NCBI GenBank assembly: GCA_040754455.1
Contig: JBFMCP010000023.1
Coordinates: 1-51,990, forward strand
Direction of reading: 5' to 3'
DNA: 51,990 nt
DNA from: Nitrospirota bacterium
GTDB lineage: Bacteria > Nitrospirota > Thermodesulfovibrionia > Thermodesulfovibrionales > Dissulfurispiraceae
Below, in pieces: positions 48,677 to 51,990 of this stretch (position 1 is its first letter; the number at the start of each line of letters is the position of its first letter). The notes under the pieces are model-generated. The model ran no database searches and was not told the DNA's origin. It saw only the letters and a program-made list of their open reading frames with translations. Both the position numbers and the translations under genes were made by a program.

Positions 48677-49174
48677 CTATTCGGCCTTGATGGCTATCTT
48701 CTTCGTCTCCTTGATGGCCTTTGCCGTTTTCGGAAGAGTTACCGTAAGCACGCCCTTCTTGAATGTCGCCTCTGCCCTGTCCGTCTCTACTTCGAGAGGG
48801 AGCGGGATAGTCCGACTGAAAGATCCGTACGAGCGCTCCATACGGTAATAGTCTTTGCCCTTGTCCTCTTTCTCTTCCTTCTTTTCTCCCTTGATCGTAA
48901 GGGAGTCCTTATTGAGCGTCACCTCGATATCCTTCTCATCCATCCCGGGAAGCTCTGCAGATACTTTTATCTCCTTGTCCGTTTCCGATACATCGACCCT
49001 GGGGGTAAATTCGCCCATACGGCTTCCGAAAGGAGCAATGTCAAAGCTGCGGAAGAAGTTGTCGAAAAGATCGTTCATCTCCCGCTGCAGCATGGTAAAC
49101 GGATCATCACCGTTGCGCTTTACCCGTACCTCCCTTTTCCCAAAAGTTCTCGGCACAAGATCTCTGAATGCCAT
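48677..49174 (-). CDS. Small heat-shock protein Hsp20
   Basis: PRVDVSET, AELPGM, ERSYGSFSR, A.FKKGVL. Confidence 0.94.
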   Translation of the reverse strand: MAFRDLVPRTFGKREVRVKRNGDDPFTMLQREMNDLFDNFFRSFDIAPFGSRMGEFTPRVDVSETDKEIKVSAELPGMDEKDIEVTLNKDSLTIKGEKKEEKEDKGKDYYRMERSYGSFSRTIPLPLEVETDRAEATFKKGVLTVTLPKTAKAIKETKKIAIKAE

Positions 49175-49282
49175 GGTGACCTCCTTTCTCCAGGTTGCTG
49201 GGTTTTATTTGACTGCAAGCCATACGCTCTCGTCTCACATCCATTCTCTCTGCACTACCGGCCTCGAAGATGAAGAAGACTT

Positions 49283-49690
49283 TTATCTTTCAGCCTTTAC
49301 CTTGATCTTCTTTGCCCTCGCAGCCTCTGCCTTCGGCAGGATCAGTTTCAGCACGCCGTTCTTCACAATCGCCTCAATCCGGTCCCGGTCGATCTCATCT
49401 GAGAGGGTGAAGGTGCGCTGGTAATCACCGATACCGTACTCGGAAGCATCGAGCCTGAGTCCCCGTGGGAGCTCGATATCAGCTTTTCCGTAGATCGACA
49501 GTACATTCTTCTCGAGCGTAATGTCCACCGACTGCTCATCGACACCAGGCATGTCGGCGAAAATGACAATGTCGTCCTTCCGCTCGATGATGTCGACTGC
49601 TGGGGTATAGACTCTCCGAGGACGCGTCCTCTCAACGCCCTCAGGCATTGTGGATTCTTTTTTCTGCAGTTCAAGTGTCATCTCTGCCAT
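49283..49690 (-). CDS. Small heat-shock protein Hsp20
   Basis: PAVDIIE, ADMPGV, KNGVLKLILPK. Confidence 0.92.
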   Translation of the reverse strand: MAEMTLELQKKESTMPEGVERTRPRRVYTPAVDIIERKDDIVIFADMPGVDEQSVDITLEKNVLSIYGKADIELPRGLRLDASEYGIGDYQRTFTLSDEIDRDRIEAIVKNGVLKLILPKAEAARAKKIKVKAER

Positions 49691-49705
49691 GTCGCCCACC
49701 TCCTC

Positions 49706-50128
49706 CTAATTCGATGTTACGGTGATCCTGCGCGGCTTATCGCTTTCCGCACGGGGCAGGTCAATGGTGAGTACGCCTTTCTTGAACCGTGCGGCGACCT
49801 TGTCCGCTTCGACGGCAAAAGGCAGCTCTATGGTCCTGCTGAACCGGCCGCTCCACCGTTCCCGGCGATGGTAGGACGCCTCCTCTTTGCTCTCCTCCGG
49901 CTGCCGCACACCGCGCAGGGTGAGGGAACGGTCAACGACCGAAATATCGATATCATCGGGATCAATACCCGGCACCTCGGTCGTCACCACTGCATTGTCC
50001 GGCCCTACCCATACGTTTACGGCTGGGAAATCGGTTGCCGTCATGCCGTTTATGCCCAACAGGGCGCGCCGCATACGTTCGAATTCACGCCATGGATCCA
50101 GGAATCTCTCAAAATCCGACCACAGCAT
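49706..50128 (-). CDS. Small heat-shock protein Hsp20
   Basis: PAVNVW, EVPGI, RRER..G.FSR, KKGVL; SD before ATG 50128. Confidence 0.92.
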   Translation of the reverse strand: MLWSDFERFLDPWREFERMRRALLGINGMTATDFPAVNVWVGPDNAVVTTEVPGIDPDDIDISVVDRSLTLRGVRQPEESKEEASYHRRERWSGRFSRTIELPFAVEADKVAARFKKGVLTIDLPRAESDKPRRITVTSN

Positions 50129-50191
50129 AGTCCTTTCCTCCTTGGATAGAGAGTTAAAGAGCACAACGGCTCTAAATTTCACTGCAAGAAA

Positions 50192-50207
50192 AGCAAAGGA
50201 AATGCCA
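50192..50207 (-). promoter_or_regulatory. sigma54 (-24/-12) promoter of the hsp20 cluster
   Basis: TGGCATTTCCTTTGCT (GG-N10-GC); IHF-like AATCAAagggTTC at 50227-50239. Confidence 0.7.
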
Positions 50208-50272
50208 GAACTGTCCAAATCAAAAAAATCAAAGGGTTCCATTTGTGGCATGAACTTTGGAACCAAAGAAGG

Positions 50273-50343
50273 TAGGACATTTTGCCCTACTCATATTGTA
50301 TTTAGCTATAGGACATAATGTCCCAATAGGACAAAATTACCTA
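50273..50343. promoter_or_regulatory. Three 17-bp palindromic sites, candidate enhancer (bEBP) sites
   Basis: taggacattttgcccta, taggacataatgtccca, taggacaaaattaccta; consensus TAGGACA-N3-TGTCCTA. Confidence 0.65.
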
Positions 50344-50545
50344 TTTTCTGGCTTTTTGGTAAGTTTCACTTCGGCTGGATTATATGCAGATGGCGAGCAA
50401 TCAGACGATTTGCACTTCATTCATCACACTTCAGCAAACTGCTGCTGTGTTACCATACGAGTGGGTATCAGTCGGAATCAAAGAGATGACCGGCGATTGC
50501 AGTTGTGCACTGAATCGATTCGTTTAATGCTCCGCAGCGTCGGCA

Positions 50546-51724
50546 CTAGTTTTCGGGGATTGTAAAATAAAACGTCGATCCCTTGCCTGGCTCCGACTCG
50601 ATCCAGATACGCCCTCCGTGGAGCTCGACGATCTTTTTGCATGTGGCGAGCCCGATACCAAAGCCGGTGTATTCAGCTCCGGCATGCGCCCGGTGAAAAA
50701 TTTCGAATATGCGGTCGAGATGTTCCGCTGGAACACCGATACTGTTGTCGCTCACCGAGAATATCCATTCGTTATCAGTCTTCTTTGCGGCAACATGGAT
50801 GCGGGGAGGCTCAGCGCCACGGTACTTGATGGCGTTGCCGATGAGGTTTTGAAACAGCTGCACGAACAGCGCACTATCTCCGATCACCTCGGGCAGCTCT
50901 GCAGAACATATTGAAGCATCGTTCTTCTCTATCTCAACCTTCAGGTTGGCAAGACTCTGCTTGAGTGCGGCCTCTGTGTTTATCGGACCGAATCGTTTCC
51001 TCGTGCCTACACGAGAATATTCCAGCAGGCTTCTGATGAGGTGTTGGGCGGCGGCCAATCGTTCCATTGCTTCTTTAAGCAGGTCCTCATCTTCCGGCTC
51101 AAGCCTGTCGCGCAGATGCCTCTCCAGCAGCTTAAGCGAAGCCTGCGCCGAGAGCAGGGGAGACTGCAGGTCGTGGGACACGACTGCGGCAAAGTGCTCG
51201 AGTTCACGATTGCTCCGCCTCAAATCCTCGGCAAGTCTCCTCAGCTCCGCCTCAGTCCGTTTGCGCTCTGTGATATCGCGCTCCGTAGTCGCTATGGCAA
51301 CAATGTTGCCCCTCTCGTCCACAAGCTTGGTGACGGTGAGCCATACATCGAGGATGCGCCCGTCTTTTGCCTTCCTTTTCGTCTCTATGGATTCCACCGG
51401 TGCGCCGGTCTTGATCTGCTCGATAATACGCATCTCTTCCTGCTTTCTTTCTTCGGGGATGAGCTCAAAGATGCTCATGGAGAGGGCTTCAGCCTCGGCA
51501 TATCCGTACATTCTCACCGCCCCCCTGTTCCAGGCGGTAATCCTGCCGCTGAGGTCATGGACGGTGATGGCATCATTGGAGTCGGCGACCACGGTGGCAA
51601 GACGGCGCAATCCTGCTTCGTACTCCCTATGCCTTGCCTCCAGGTGCTCCAGGGATGCTACCCTGCGTCGCAGCTCCTCTAACTCCTCTAAAAGCTGTTC
51701 CTTTGTCTTTACCCGTTCCATCAT
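50546..51724 (-). CDS. Cytoplasmic PAS sensor histidine kinase
   Basis: PAS (WNRGAVRMYGY...DITERK), SHDLQSPL H-box, NLIGNAIKY, GIGLA. Confidence 0.92.
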   Translation of the reverse strand: MMERVKTKEQLLEELEELRRRVASLEHLEARHREYEAGLRRLATVVADSNDAITVHDLSGRITAWNRGAVRMYGYAEAEALSMSIFELIPEERKQEEMRIIEQIKTGAPVESIETKRKAKDGRILDVWLTVTKLVDERGNIVAIATTERDITERKRTEAELRRLAEDLRRSNRELEHFAAVVSHDLQSPLLSAQASLKLLERHLRDRLEPEDEDLLKEAMERLAAAQHLIRSLLEYSRVGTRKRFGPINTEAALKQSLANLKVEIEKNDASICSAELPEVIGDSALFVQLFQNLIGNAIKYRGAEPPRIHVAAKKTDNEWIFSVSDNSIGVPAEHLDRIFEIFHRAHAGAEYTGFGIGLATCKKIVELHGGRIWIESEPGKGSTFYFTIPEN

Positions 51725-51990
51725 ATTTTTTTCAGTAGTGCTGGAATTGGGAAGCCATGAGCGCGTCCCTCAAAAAATATATCATGTTTACCGCCGAAAA
51801 AACAGTATGGAGAAGTACTACCTTGCACTATTGAGGATGTAGAGAAAATGTGCAGGAGGCAGGTGTCACGCCAAAATGATAATGTCCTATATGACCAAAA
51901 TAGAAATGTCCTATAGGAGGGATGTCATACTGCAAAGTAATGGGGGGAAACAGTATGGCAGGAGAGGACATTATCATGGTAAGGCACAAG

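Noticed and set aside
48311..49273. 320-aa plus-strand ORF
   Set aside because: Antisense to hsp20 and an intergenic promoter region, with no protein-like features.
50246..50260. Second, plus-strand sigma54-like box TGGCATGAACTTTGG
   Set aside because: The -12 dinucleotide is GG, not GC, and no credible gene follows; the same applies to the minus-strand near-match at about 48404-48418.

Overview
Bacterial chromosomal window, probably from an anaerobic Nitrospirota or Desulfobacterota-like organism (inferred from gene content, not verified). Bases 1-2700 are the AT-richer end of an integrated element: the 3' end of an ISL3 transposase, a lipoprotein, a Zn-ribbon membrane protein and a tyrosine integrase. 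Its att-like end abuts the stop codon of an Ehr (Ni-less, hydrogenase-4-related) large subunit. Bases 2.7-19.5 kb hold the ehr/hyf-like membrane operon headed by an HTH-PTS EIIA regulator, UspA proteins, an IT-family antiporter with a candidate riboswitch leader, a GntR-TauE-DUF1634 unit, a binding protein plus hybrid kinase, and copZ. Bases 19.5-43.9 kb are housekeeping genes (pheT, pheS, rplT, rpmI, infC, thrS, mpgP, lolD, lolE, lysS, tpiA, secG, ABC genes, rimP, nusA, recG, pilD, typA). Bases 44-52 kb are a chaperone/protease cluster (3 x Hsp20, PsiE-like, DegP, groES, groEL) behind a sigma54 promoter, plus a PAS kinase. Most notable: non-AUG starts on both thrS (AUA) and infC (AUC), many apparently leaderless genes, integration at the ehrL 3' end with the small subunit missing, a candidate Na+ riboswitch, and periodic palindromic intergenic repeats. 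No rRNA, tRNA or CRISPR array was seen. All product calls come from recognising motifs by eye; no database search was run.
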